A DNA stretch of 64,000 bases from an uncultured Solirubrobacterales bacterium (GCA_963793775.1 CAWCBM010000004.1:106399-170398); one strand, 5' to 3'. Numbered from the stretch's first letter, positions 19,503-26,826 are shown. Translations and numbers: made by a program. Notes: a model not told the origin generated them from the sequence alone.

Positions 19503-19570
19503 GCGCATAGTCCTCGACTGGCGCGAGGAGGAGCGTGGGGGGTGAGCGATCGGGCCGTGATGACTGAGTC

Positions 19571-19921
19571 GTGAGCGCGATCTCGGTGAAACGCCAGGGA
19601 CACGGCACGGAGATCCTGCTGGTCCACGGAGGCGCGAGTCCGGACGCCACCTGGGGCGCACTTGCGCCCCTGCGCGATCAGTGGACCCTTGCTTCGGTCC
19701 ATCGTCGCGGCTATCCGCCAAGCCCGCCGCCCCCGGATGGGCGCCAGGACTTCGAGGTCGATGCCGCTGACGTCCTTCCATTGCTTAGCTCGCGACCTCA
19801 CGTCGTTGTCTGCCCAAGCGATCGGCGAGGCTACCCCTCTTCGTCCGAAGCGGTACTCCGTGCCCGGCGCATGTCGCTGCTTCGTGCGAGCGGGGAAGCC
19901 CGGCACGAGGCCCAGTCGTAG
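19571..19921 (+). pseudogene. Probable truncated alpha/beta hydrolase fragment
   Basis: 116-aa ORF (GTG start) begins like an alpha/beta hydrolase (GHGTEILLVHGGASPDATWGALAPLRDQWTLASVHRRGYPPS...QDFEVDAADVLPLL). It loses similarity before the nucleophile elbow and is less than half the normal length. Confidence 0.35.
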
Positions 19922-19989
19922 GCGCCGCCTCGCCAATAAGAAAGGCCGGCGGCGGGCGCTCGCCCGCCACCGGCCTGCTATCGAAGCGC

Positions 19990-20169
19990 TTACCGTCGGT
20001 TGCGCCCGAACAACGACTTTGCGGTGTCGGCCGCTTTGTCGGCCGCATCCTTTACTGACGACTTGGCCCGGTCGGCCTTGCCCTCTCGCTTGAGATCCTT
20101 GTCGTCGGTCAGGGCCCCGGCCGCTTCCTTCGCGCGTCCCTTGGCCTCATCAACGTTCTTGTCAGTCAT
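19990..20169 (-). CDS. CsbD family stress-response protein
   Basis: Not in the ORF track (59 aa). My translation is MTDKNVDEAKGRAKEAAGALTDDKDLKREGKADRAKSSVKDAADKAADTAKSLFGRNRR*, with ATG at 20169..20167, a TAA stop at 19992..19990 and a GGGAAAGGA Shine-Dalgarno upstream. It shows the typical CsbD motif (KGxxKExxGxxTxDxxLxxEGKxD). Confidence 0.8.
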   Translation of the reverse strand: MTDKNVDEAKGRAKEAAGALTDDKDLKREGKADRAKSSVKDAADKAADTAKSLFGRNRR

Positions 20170-20190
20170 CTGTGTCCTTTCCCGGTTGCA

Positions 20191-20559
20191 CTAAACGCCA
20201 CGCCTGGTCTCGGCTTCCGGTTCGGTCTCGGATCGCTCGGCCTCCGCCGGCTCCGCGTCGGGGTCGAGCTGCGTCGCGTGCTCCTCGTGCGCGCTGGCCG
20301 TCTGCCGTTCGCGCTCGGCCGCCCGCGATCTTTCCTCTGCCTCGGCCGCCTCGCGGCGCGCGCGTGCTGCCTGCTCGTCGGCCGCCGCGGCCTCCTTGTC
20401 GGCCGCTAGCCCGCGGGCGGCCGCCTCGTCGCGATGCTCGCTCGCGAGCTGACGTCGGTTCTCGAGCTCGCGATGTCGTCGTGCTCGCATCGCGGCCGCG
20501 ACCAGCGCGATCACGATCACGGCGCCGATCACGATCAAGACGATTGCAACTGTGCTCAT
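20191..20559 (-). CDS. Single-pass membrane protein with a Glu/Arg/Ala-rich charged tail
   Basis: Internal ATG (20559) of ORF 20191..20721. MSTVAIVLIVIGAVIVIALVAAAM is followed by RARRHRELENRRQLASEHRDEAAARGLAADKEAAAADEQAARARREAAEAEERSRAAERE.... An AAGGA Shine-Dalgarno precedes it. The CsbD gene follows 21 nt downstream. Confidence 0.6.
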   Translation of the reverse strand: MSTVAIVLIVIGAVIVIALVAAAMRARRHRELENRRQLASEHRDEAAARGLAADKEAAAADEQAARARREAAEAEERSRAAERERQTASAHEEHATQLDPDAEPAEAERSETEPEAETRRGV

Positions 20560-20742
20560 TGTGTGATTCCTTTCGGTTGGTGAGTCAGCGTCCCAGCGAA
20601 CGCCCCTGCGCGTATCCGGATCGGAGCGGACGAGAAACGCCCATAACGCTTTTCGAGACGTCATGAGGCGCGCTCCGAGTTCGCACTGCATTCGGCCGGT
20701 CCGGGGCCACCAGATGCCCACCGACCCGGCACCGCTGCGTAT

Positions 20743-20817
20743 CTAAGCGATGCGGCGGAAGAGGTAGATGGCGAGCAAGACGAGGACGATGATGACGAGG
20801 ATGGTGACGATGGACAT
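20743..20817 (-). CDS. 24-codon hydrophobic sORF (candidate small membrane peptide)
   Basis: My translation is MSIVTILVIIVLVLLAIYLFRRIA*. A GGAG lies 5 nt upstream of the ATG, all codons are GC3-rich, and it is one TM helix plus a basic tail. Too short for the ORF track. Confidence 0.35.
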   Translation of the reverse strand: MSIVTILVIIVLVLLAIYLFRRIA

Positions 20818-21437
20818 GGGAACTCCGATCGATTTCGGGGATGGGTGACAGTCCCTCATCGCCTAATCGCTGACTTGGCTCGTCGTGCGTCGAGGCGATG
20901 GGTAAGACGAGGAAGTCAGGCAGCGCAGCTCAACCAGCGGTAGGCCGAACGTCGAGGCGTAAGCCCTCCTAGTCATGACGGTACCCCGGATTCGGCCCCA
21001 GCAAACCGAAAGCGGCCAGGTCGGAGTGCTCGAAGGTGCCGCTTTCCATGGCGGATTCAAACCACCGCCGCACCACCGAAGAGAGTCAGCGACTCGCTGA
21101 CGAACGAAGGAGGTGCGGCGATGCCAAACCCGCGTGTGAATCATGTACCGCTGCGGTTAGCTGCGGTCTGCCGAGTTACGGCTTGAAACGCTCCACCGCG
21201 GGCTCTGCCTCTGTTCCAAACTTGAGTCAGACCGATCGGCGGCAGGTGACTGGACCGACCGGATGGCACTTCCCTAGCTCGATCGTCTGCATCTGAGTTT
21301 CACCCAATTAGCAGGAATCCTTCCGGGTACAGCGGTCTTACGGGGTGCGCGTAAGCGCGCTCGACCACACACCGGGCAACGGTCCGCGCCGCAAGCGACC
21401 GAGCCGGAGCTCAGCAAACCGCGTGGAGGAGACAGAG

Positions 21438-22010
21438 ATGGCACAGACCGCCAAGACGACCCGCAAGAGGGCGACCAGCCCCAACGGTTCATCGACCGGA
21501 GCTTCGAGTTCGAGCAAGAGCGGCTCGGCAAAGCGATCGAGTTCTCGCACCCGCTCGAACGGAAGCGCGAGCCGGACGCGCAAGCCGGCCTCCACGAGCG
21601 CGAAGAAGTCGCGCTCGACGAGCGCGCGCTCAAAGCCGCGGTCGAACACCCAGTCCGGGAACGGCTTGGGATCGGTCTCCGGTAGCGCTGTTGAGAAGAC
21701 GAAGGGCGCCGCTCACGTGATCTCCGAGGCCGTCTCGAACGCGAAGACGCCGTTGATCGTCGGCGGTACGGCGCTGGTCGGTGCCGCGGCGGGAGCGGTC
21801 ATCAAGGACCGTTTCGGCACGAAGCGCTCCAAGAATCCGCTCAACCGGCTGCGTGGCGTCTCGCTTCCGAGGCCGACGACCAATCTGAACCTCAGCGAAC
21901 TCGACCTCGACAAGGTCAAGAGCACCGCGGACCGGGTCAGCGCATACGGCCAGCAGGCCTCCGATATCGCCACCGCGGTGCAAAAGACCCGCAAGAAGAA
22001 CAAGAGCTAG
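21438..22010 (+). CDS. Ser/Arg/Lys-rich protein with a central Gly/Ala-rich TM segment (paralogue 1)
   Basis: Internal ATG of ORF 21345..22010, preceded by GGAGGAG. MAQTAKTTRKRATSPNGSSTGASSSSKSGSAKRSSSRTRS... is followed by TPLIVGGTALVGAAAGAVI and a ~65-aa C-terminal tail. 190 aa. Confidence 0.6.
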   Translation: MAQTAKTTRKRATSPNGSSTGASSSSKSGSAKRSSSRTRSNGSASRTRKPASTSAKKSRSTSARSKPRSNTQSGNGLGSVSGSAVEKTKGAAHVISEAVSNAKTPLIVGGTALVGAAAGAVIKDRFGTKRSKNPLNRLRGVSLPRPTTNLNLSELDLDKVKSTADRVSAYGQQASDIATAVQKTRKKNKS

Positions 22011-22039
22011 CGACTTTCTTAGACCGGGAGGGAGAGGCG

Positions 22040-22585
22040 ATGGCTCAGCAGACGAAGAGGAACTCGCGCCCGTCGACCGCAGGAACGGGCTCGCGATCAG
22101 GCGCGGGAAGCACGAACGGACCAAGCGGGAGCGCGCGCCGAAGATCGTCATCGAGCAGCGGTTCCTCGCGGCGCTCAGCGGCGTCGCGAAGCCGGAGCTC
22201 AAAACGGCCCAACTCGGCCGGCTCGAAACGCTCGAGTAAGAGTAGGAGCCAGGCCGGTGGAAGCAGCCTCACCGACATCGCGAAGAAGGCGATGACCCCC
22301 GCGCTGGCGGCGAGCGCGGGCTTCGCCGGGCTGGTGGGTGGCCTGGCGATTGCCCACCGAACGACACGAAAGCGGATCCTCGGGGTGCCGATGCCGAACG
22401 GCGGTGCCGCCCATGCCGTGAGCAAGAATCTCGCCGAGGTGGCCAAGGACGTCGGCAGCTTCGGTGAGGGGATGGGATCCCTCGCGGCCGAGGTCCGTCG
22501 GGTGCGCGAGGGCATTGCAATGGCGGGAGAGCCCAAGCGCTCCCCGATCGAGGTCGTGCTACAGGGCCTGACCAGGCGGCGCTGA
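22040..22585 (+). CDS. Ser/Arg-rich protein with a central Gly/Ala-rich TM segment (paralogue 2)
   Basis: 181-aa ORF: MAQQTKRNSRPSTAGTGSRSGAGSTNGPSGSARRRSSSSSGSSRRS...TPALAASAGFAGLVGGLAIA.... It has the same architecture as the gene 29 nt upstream, and a GGGAGGGAGAGG Shine-Dalgarno region. Confidence 0.6.
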   Translation: MAQQTKRNSRPSTAGTGSRSGAGSTNGPSGSARRRSSSSSGSSRRSAASRSRSSKRPNSAGSKRSSKSRSQAGGSSLTDIAKKAMTPALAASAGFAGLVGGLAIAHRTTRKRILGVPMPNGGAAHAVSKNLAEVAKDVGSFGEGMGSLAAEVRRVREGIAMAGEPKRSPIEVVLQGLTRRR

Positions 22586-22714
22586 GCTTGCGGGTCGCCC
22601 GGGTAGACGACCCCGGTGCCGTTTGACAATGAGCGTGAGCGCGGGCCGCGAACCGGTGCTCAGCAAAGGGCTCGCATCCTGCCGGCGAGGAGGGGTGGTC
22701 ACTTCGCAGGAGGC

Positions 22715-23338
22715 CTAGCGGTGGGTATCGATTAGCAGCCGAGCCATCGATTTGGCTTGCGCCGCGGCATCGAGATCGCCCTCGACGGCCTGCACGATTG
22801 ACCCCTTCATCAGGATGTGCCAGGAACTCGAGAACGAGTGCGGATCGCGAAGCCCGGCCTCCTCGGCAAGCCGACGAACCACTGCGCGAATGTTCTCGAG
22901 ATGACGCACGCTTGCGCTTCCGACCGGGTGACGGGGGCCCATCTCGAGCATGACGTTCACGAACGCGCAGCCTTCGAAGTCCTCGCGATGAAACCACTCG
23001 TCGAAGAGATCGAAGATCGCGAGCAACTGCTGCTCCGGCTCCGAGCCGCGTCCTCTTGCCTCGGCCTCGACCCAATCCAAGGTCCAGCGTTGCTCGCGCT
23101 CCTCGAGAAAGGCAACCACCAGGTCGTCCTTGGAGGGGAAATGCCGATACAGCGTCGCTTTCGCGACGCCGGCGCGTTCAATGACCTCGTCAATCCCAAC
23201 GTCGCGAACTCCGCGGGCCGAGAACATGGCGTAGGCCGTCTCGAGCAGGCGTTGGCGGGCGGGTTGGTTGGCCGGGGCGACGCTGCGTCTCGGCTCGGAC
23301 GTTGAGCTGGCTGCCTGGTTGGACATTCCTCTCTTCAC
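22715..23338 (-). CDS. TetR family transcriptional regulator
   Basis: 207-aa ORF with the HTH RQRLLETAYAMFSARGVRDVGIDEVIERAGVAKATLYRHFPSKDDL. An alternative ATG lies at 23326. Confidence 0.9.
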   Translation of the reverse strand: MKRGMSNQAASSTSEPRRSVAPANQPARQRLLETAYAMFSARGVRDVGIDEVIERAGVAKATLYRHFPSKDDLVVAFLEEREQRWTLDWVEAEARGRGSEPEQQLLAIFDLFDEWFHREDFEGCAFVNVMLEMGPRHPVGSASVRHLENIRAVVRRLAEEAGLRDPHSFSSSWHILMKGSIVQAVEGDLDAAAQAKSMARLLIDTHR

Positions 23339-23347
23339 TATAGCTCT

Positions 23348-23365
23348 AGACAGACAGGTCTGTCT
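23348..23365. promoter_or_regulatory. Inverted repeat with perfect 8-bp arms, candidate TetR operator
   Basis: AGACAGAC-AG-GTCTGTCT read directly, 10 nt upstream of the TetR start at 23338. Confidence 0.4.
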
Positions 23366-23481
23366 CAGGTAAGCTCCACGAACTGGAGGGCACAGCTCCG
23401 ACGGGTTAGCAGTCCGCGAGACCCGGCCGCGTCGCCGTTGACTTCCTTCATCGCCTTTACGCGACCCGAGGAGGTCACCGA

Positions 23482-23928
23482 ATGTCCCCTGCGCAGCCGC
23501 TGCTTACGATCGAAGCTGAAAGTCAGCCCGGCGCCCACGTCATCCGGATCGCCGGCGAACTAGACCTCGCGGGGTGTCCTGACCTCGAATCCGCGCTGCA
23601 AGTGGCCGAGCGGGTCAAAGCGGACCGGATCATCGTCGACCTCGAGGCGCTGACATTCATCGACTCGGTCGGGCTGGGAACCCTCCTTAAGACCAGTCGT
23701 CGGTTGGCGAGCGACGGGAACCGTTTGGAGATAACCCGCGGTAAGGGCCAGCCGGCAGGGATCTTGCGGCTAACGGGACTCGAGAACGTGCTGCCTCTCG
23801 CCGACCCCGCTCTGTGTCCCTCGATCCAGGAGGCTGGCGATGCGCCCGGCGCTCGATCGATGCCTGACGATGCAAACCGACCGCGCACCGGCGAGCACGT
23901 CCTTGTCGGTCCCAACGAATGGCGTTGA
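23482..23928 (+). CDS. STAS-domain anti-sigma-factor antagonist (RsbV/SpoIIAA-like)
   Basis: 148-aa ORF: HVIRIAGELDLAGCPDLESALQ...IIVDLEALTFIDSVGLGTLLKTSRRL.... A GAGGAGG Shine-Dalgarno precedes it. Confidence 0.85.
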   Translation: MSPAQPLLTIEAESQPGAHVIRIAGELDLAGCPDLESALQVAERVKADRIIVDLEALTFIDSVGLGTLLKTSRRLASDGNRLEITRGKGQPAGILRLTGLENVLPLADPALCPSIQEAGDAPGARSMPDDANRPRTGEHVLVGPNEWR

Positions 23929-24056
23929 GAGATTCAACGCCGAGCGGTGCTGTCGGCTGGAAGCGTTCGCGATTCGTGCCGCAATTCGGGCCGACGTTGG
24001 GCGCCTCGTGCGGCGTGGCAGTACCGGTATGACGACCGCAGACCGCTCTAGAGTCG

Positions 24057-24869
24057 ATGGCGATCGCCGCACAGCCGCGGTCGCCCAGCCGACCCGACCC
24101 CCGTCGGGCAGACAAGCGGCGCGAGGACGAACTCTTTCGGGCCTACGCCGTTACCCGCTCGCCAGAGCTGCGAGAGGAGCTCGTGCGGCGCTTCCTGCCG
24201 CTGGCGAAATCGCTCGCGCTCCGCTATCGGCGGCAAACCGAGTCGCTCGACGACCTCGTGCAGGTGGCAAGCCTCGGCCTCGTAAAGTCGATCGATGGAT
24301 TCGATCCCGCGCTTGGTTTCCCGTTTAAGGCCTACGCGACGCCGACGATCCTGGGCGAGCTCCGACGCCATTTTCGCGATCACGTCTGGAACCTTCGCCT
24401 GCCGCGAGGCCTACAGGAGCTGACGATCAAGATCCAGCGGGCGACCGACGACCTCGCCGACGAGCTCGGGCGCTCGCCGATCCCGACCGAGATCGCGAAG
24501 CGGCTTGACATCACGGTCGAGGACGTGCTCGACGGAATCGAGGCCAATCACGCCCGCCGCACGCACTCGCTCGACGCGCCGAGTTCCCAGGACGAGGCCT
24601 CGCCGACGGTGATCGAGACGCTCGGCGGAACGGACCCGGGCTACGACCGGGTCGAGGCCGAGGCGGCGGCCGCTGGGGCCGAGCTCGACGAGCGCGAGTG
24701 GCGCGTGCTGCGTATGCGGTTCGTCGATCAACTGCCCCAACGTGAGATCGGGATCAAACTGGGCGTTTCGCAGATGGAAATCTCGCGCATCAGCCGCCGC
24801 GCGCTCGGCAAGCTTCTGACCGCGGTCCGCGGCGAGCAGGCCGACGATGCCAGCAAGGCCCCTGCCTGA
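24057..24869 (+). CDS. SigB/SigF/SigG-subfamily sigma-70 factor
   Basis: 270-aa ORF: LVRRFLPLAKSLALRYRRQTESLDDLVQVASLGLVKSIDGFDPALGFPFKAYATPTILGELRRHFRD (region 2) and LPQREIGIKLGVSQMEISRISRRAL (region 4). Confidence 0.9.
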   Translation: MAIAAQPRSPSRPDPRRADKRREDELFRAYAVTRSPELREELVRRFLPLAKSLALRYRRQTESLDDLVQVASLGLVKSIDGFDPALGFPFKAYATPTILGELRRHFRDHVWNLRLPRGLQELTIKIQRATDDLADELGRSPIPTEIAKRLDITVEDVLDGIEANHARRTHSLDAPSSQDEASPTVIETLGGTDPGYDRVEAEAAAAGAELDEREWRVLRMRFVDQLPQREIGIKLGVSQMEISRISRRALGKLLTAVRGEQADDASKAPA

Positions 24870-25109
24870 GCGGACTCGGCGGTTGCGACCTCGCGACCAG
24901 GCACGCCCCGGCCAAGCGAACGGAGTCCTGCCCGAACGTTTGTTTGGGGGAGTCTGGCAGCGGGCAGTCGTACGAAACGGCAGCGATTGCATCGCGCTTT
25001 CGCGACGCAACTTTGCCGAGCCGACCCGGGAGCAAATGGGCGGGAGTGGCTCCGTAGTCACCTGCACGGTCCGGCGAGGCATCCAAACGACAGGAGAACG
25101 GACACAAAC

Positions 25110-25619
25110 ATGACCGAACGCGAAACCGACGAACGAACCACCGGTGGACTCGCCGGCAAGGTGGCCGGCAAGGCGAAGGAGTTGGCCGGAGAGCTGACCA
25201 ACAACGACGATCTTGCCCGCGAGGGACGGCTGCAGCAGGCTCATGGAGAAGCCGGGCGCGAGGCCGCGGAGGCGCGGAACGACGCCCGGCAGGCCGACGC
25301 CGGGGCGCAGCTGGAGGAGGACAAGGTCGAGACGGCCGAGGACCGCCAGCGACTCGAGGTCGAGATCGAGCAGCGCCGCGCCGAGGAGGTTGCGGAAGCC
25401 GACCGCGAGCAAACCGAGGAGCAGTCGATCAACCAGGCCGCCGGCGAGATCAAGCAGGCCGAGGCCACGCGTGAGCGCGAGCGGGCCCAGGCCGACCGGC
25501 GCACCGAAACCGTCGAGGCTCAGGAGCGCGAGCTCAACCTGGAGGCGCTCGAGCTCCAACGCAAGGCGCGCGAGGCCGAGTCGAAGGCTGCCGCGCTCGA
25601 CCCGAAGGAGACCCGATGA
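25110..25619 (+). CDS. CsbD-like N-terminus fused to a Glu/Arg/Ala-rich coiled-coil tail
   Basis: Internal ATG of ORF 24987..25619, preceded by AGGAGA. GGLAGKVAGKAKELAGELTNNDDLAREGRLQQAHGE is followed by ~120 aa of EAEARNDARQADAGAQLEEDKVETAEDRQRLEVEIEQRRAEE.... Confidence 0.7.
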   Translation: MTERETDERTTGGLAGKVAGKAKELAGELTNNDDLAREGRLQQAHGEAGREAAEARNDARQADAGAQLEEDKVETAEDRQRLEVEIEQRRAEEVAEADREQTEEQSINQAAGEIKQAEATRERERAQADRRTETVEAQERELNLEALELQRKAREAESKAAALDPKETR

Positions 25620-26269
25620 CCGCACTCAAGACGATCCCCAAGGCCACCGTGAATGGCGCGATCAAGCTGGCGCGGCTTCCCGTCGACACCGTCCTCCGCG
25701 CCGCGCCGGAGAGCGTTGCCGCCTCCGCGGGTCTCGCGGTCGACCGCGCCGACGCCGCGGTTCGTGACGCCGCCGCCACTGCGCTTCGCGACCCGCAGTT
25801 GCGCGACGAGGCGGAGCGTCTGCGCGAGGCCGTCGCCGAGCGCAGACGCGCGCTCGGACTCCGCGAGCGAGCGAGTGAGCGCACCGAAGCGGGCGAGACG
25901 CAGGCCGAGAAGGCCCGCGCCGAGGCCGAAAAGCGCCGCAAGCTGGCCGATCAGCAGGCCGAGCGCAAACGCGAGCGGGCGAGCCAGCGCCGCGACCAGA
26001 AGCAGACTGAGGCCCGGAACGCCGAAAGCCAACGCAAGCGGGCCGCGCGGAAGCGCGCTGCCAAGCAGCGGGACGAAGTCAAGGAGCAGGCACAGGCCGG
26101 GCGCGTCGATGCGCTCGAGGCCAAGGCCGACGCGCTCAAGGAGCGCGAGCGCGCGCTGACTGAGACCGACGAGGCTCAGCGCCTCAAGGATGCTGCCGCG
26201 CGGGTTAAGCAGGAGCGGAAGCACGCGACCGCGAAGACCCGCGGCTCGGGCTCGAGCGGCCGCTCGTAA
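25616..26269 (+). CDS. Charged Ala/Arg/Glu/Lys-rich coiled-coil protein
   Basis: 217-aa ORF with an ATGA overlap with the preceding gene. The sequence ...RERASERTEAGETQAEKARAEAEKRRKLADQQAERKRERASQRRDQKQTEARNAESQRKRAARKRAAKQRDE... has high GC3 in this frame. Confidence 0.6.
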   Translation: MTALKTIPKATVNGAIKLARLPVDTVLRAAPESVAASAGLAVDRADAAVRDAAATALRDPQLRDEAERLREAVAERRRALGLRERASERTEAGETQAEKARAEAEKRRKLADQQAERKRERASQRRDQKQTEARNAESQRKRAARKRAAKQRDEVKEQAQAGRVDALEAKADALKERERALTETDEAQRLKDAAARVKQERKHATAKTRGSGSSGRS

Positions 26270-26278
26270 CTTCGACGT

Positions 26279-26313
26279 GGTGCCACGGCTGCGGGTTTGC
26301 AGCCGTGGCCACC
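26279..26313 (+). terminator. Strong GC hairpin after the stress-gene operon (factor-independent terminator candidate, no U-tract)
   Basis: GGTGCCACGGCTGC-gggttt-GCAGCCGTGGCCACC forms a 14-bp stem with one bulge and starts 10 nt after the stop at 26269. Confidence 0.5.
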
Positions 26314-26754
26314 GCCGTCGATCTGGAGCCCAGCGAACGCTGGAGCGCGTGTACGCGCGCTTCTATTCGCGGACATCGAGTAGACGATCACGCTCATACA
26401 CGCCGGCGTCCAGCCGCCGAACGCGTTCGAGGCGCCCGGATCAGCGGTCACGAGGCGTGTTGCCGACCAAATGCGGACGGTGGAGCTGGTCGACGCCGGC
26501 GAGCAGGTGATCAGTGCCTCGCCGACTCCCCCAACCCCGTACCCCCCATTCTGTCGCCCTCGATCCCGCATCACGAGACAGATCGCGACGCTCAGGCCGG
26601 AGGGGTTGCCGGGTCGCTCAGTCGAGGCCTTTTCGCCCCAGTTTGCACCCGCGTGCGAGCGAACCGCTCGCAAATCGTTTCCAAGCGCCGTGGGCGGCCC
26701 GCCCGCCGTAGGCGGCCTCACGAGAAAACCTAGCCGTAGCGGGGCTTTTGACGA

Positions 26755-26826
26755 TGGGCGCGGCTGGTTTCGAACCAGCGACCTCTCGCGTGTGAAGCGA
26801 GCGCTCTCCCACTGAGCTACGCGCCC
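26755..26826 (-). tRNA. tRNA-Val (anticodon CAC)
   Basis: Hand-folded cloverleaf of 72 nt. Acceptor GGGCGCG/CGCGCCC, D arm GCTC-AGTGGGA-GAGC, anticodon arm CTCGC-TTCACAC-GCGAG, variable loop AGGTC, T arm GCTGG-TTCGAAA-CCAGC, discriminator A. CCA is not encoded. Confidence 0.92.

Noticed and set aside
21050-21069. tRNA/tmRNA-like T-arm (minus strand GGTGG-TTTGAAT-CCGCC) followed on the plus strand by ...GCACCACC
   Set aside because: The T-loop has T instead of the near-invariant C56. No acceptor stem, D arm or anticodon arm can be folded around it, and a tmRNA of normal length would overlap coding genes. It is probably chance, or at most a tiny tRNA fragment.
24411-25625. 404-aa minus-strand ORF across the sigma factor 3' end and the CsbD-fusion gene
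   Set aside because: It is antisense to two genes with clear family signatures. It is Leu/Gly/Arg low-complexity and has no start context.
26176-26733. Several overlapping 100-180-aa ORFs in the gap between the stress operon and tRNA-Val
   Set aside because: None shows GC3 periodicity over its length, a family pattern or a start context. They overlap each other and the terminator hairpin.
18430-26826. Genomic island integrated at tRNA-Val (IS element plus stress cluster)
   Set aside because: There is no integrase or excisionase, and I noticed no direct repeat of the tRNA 3' end. GC content and codon style in the cluster genes match the rest of the window. The evidence is insufficient.
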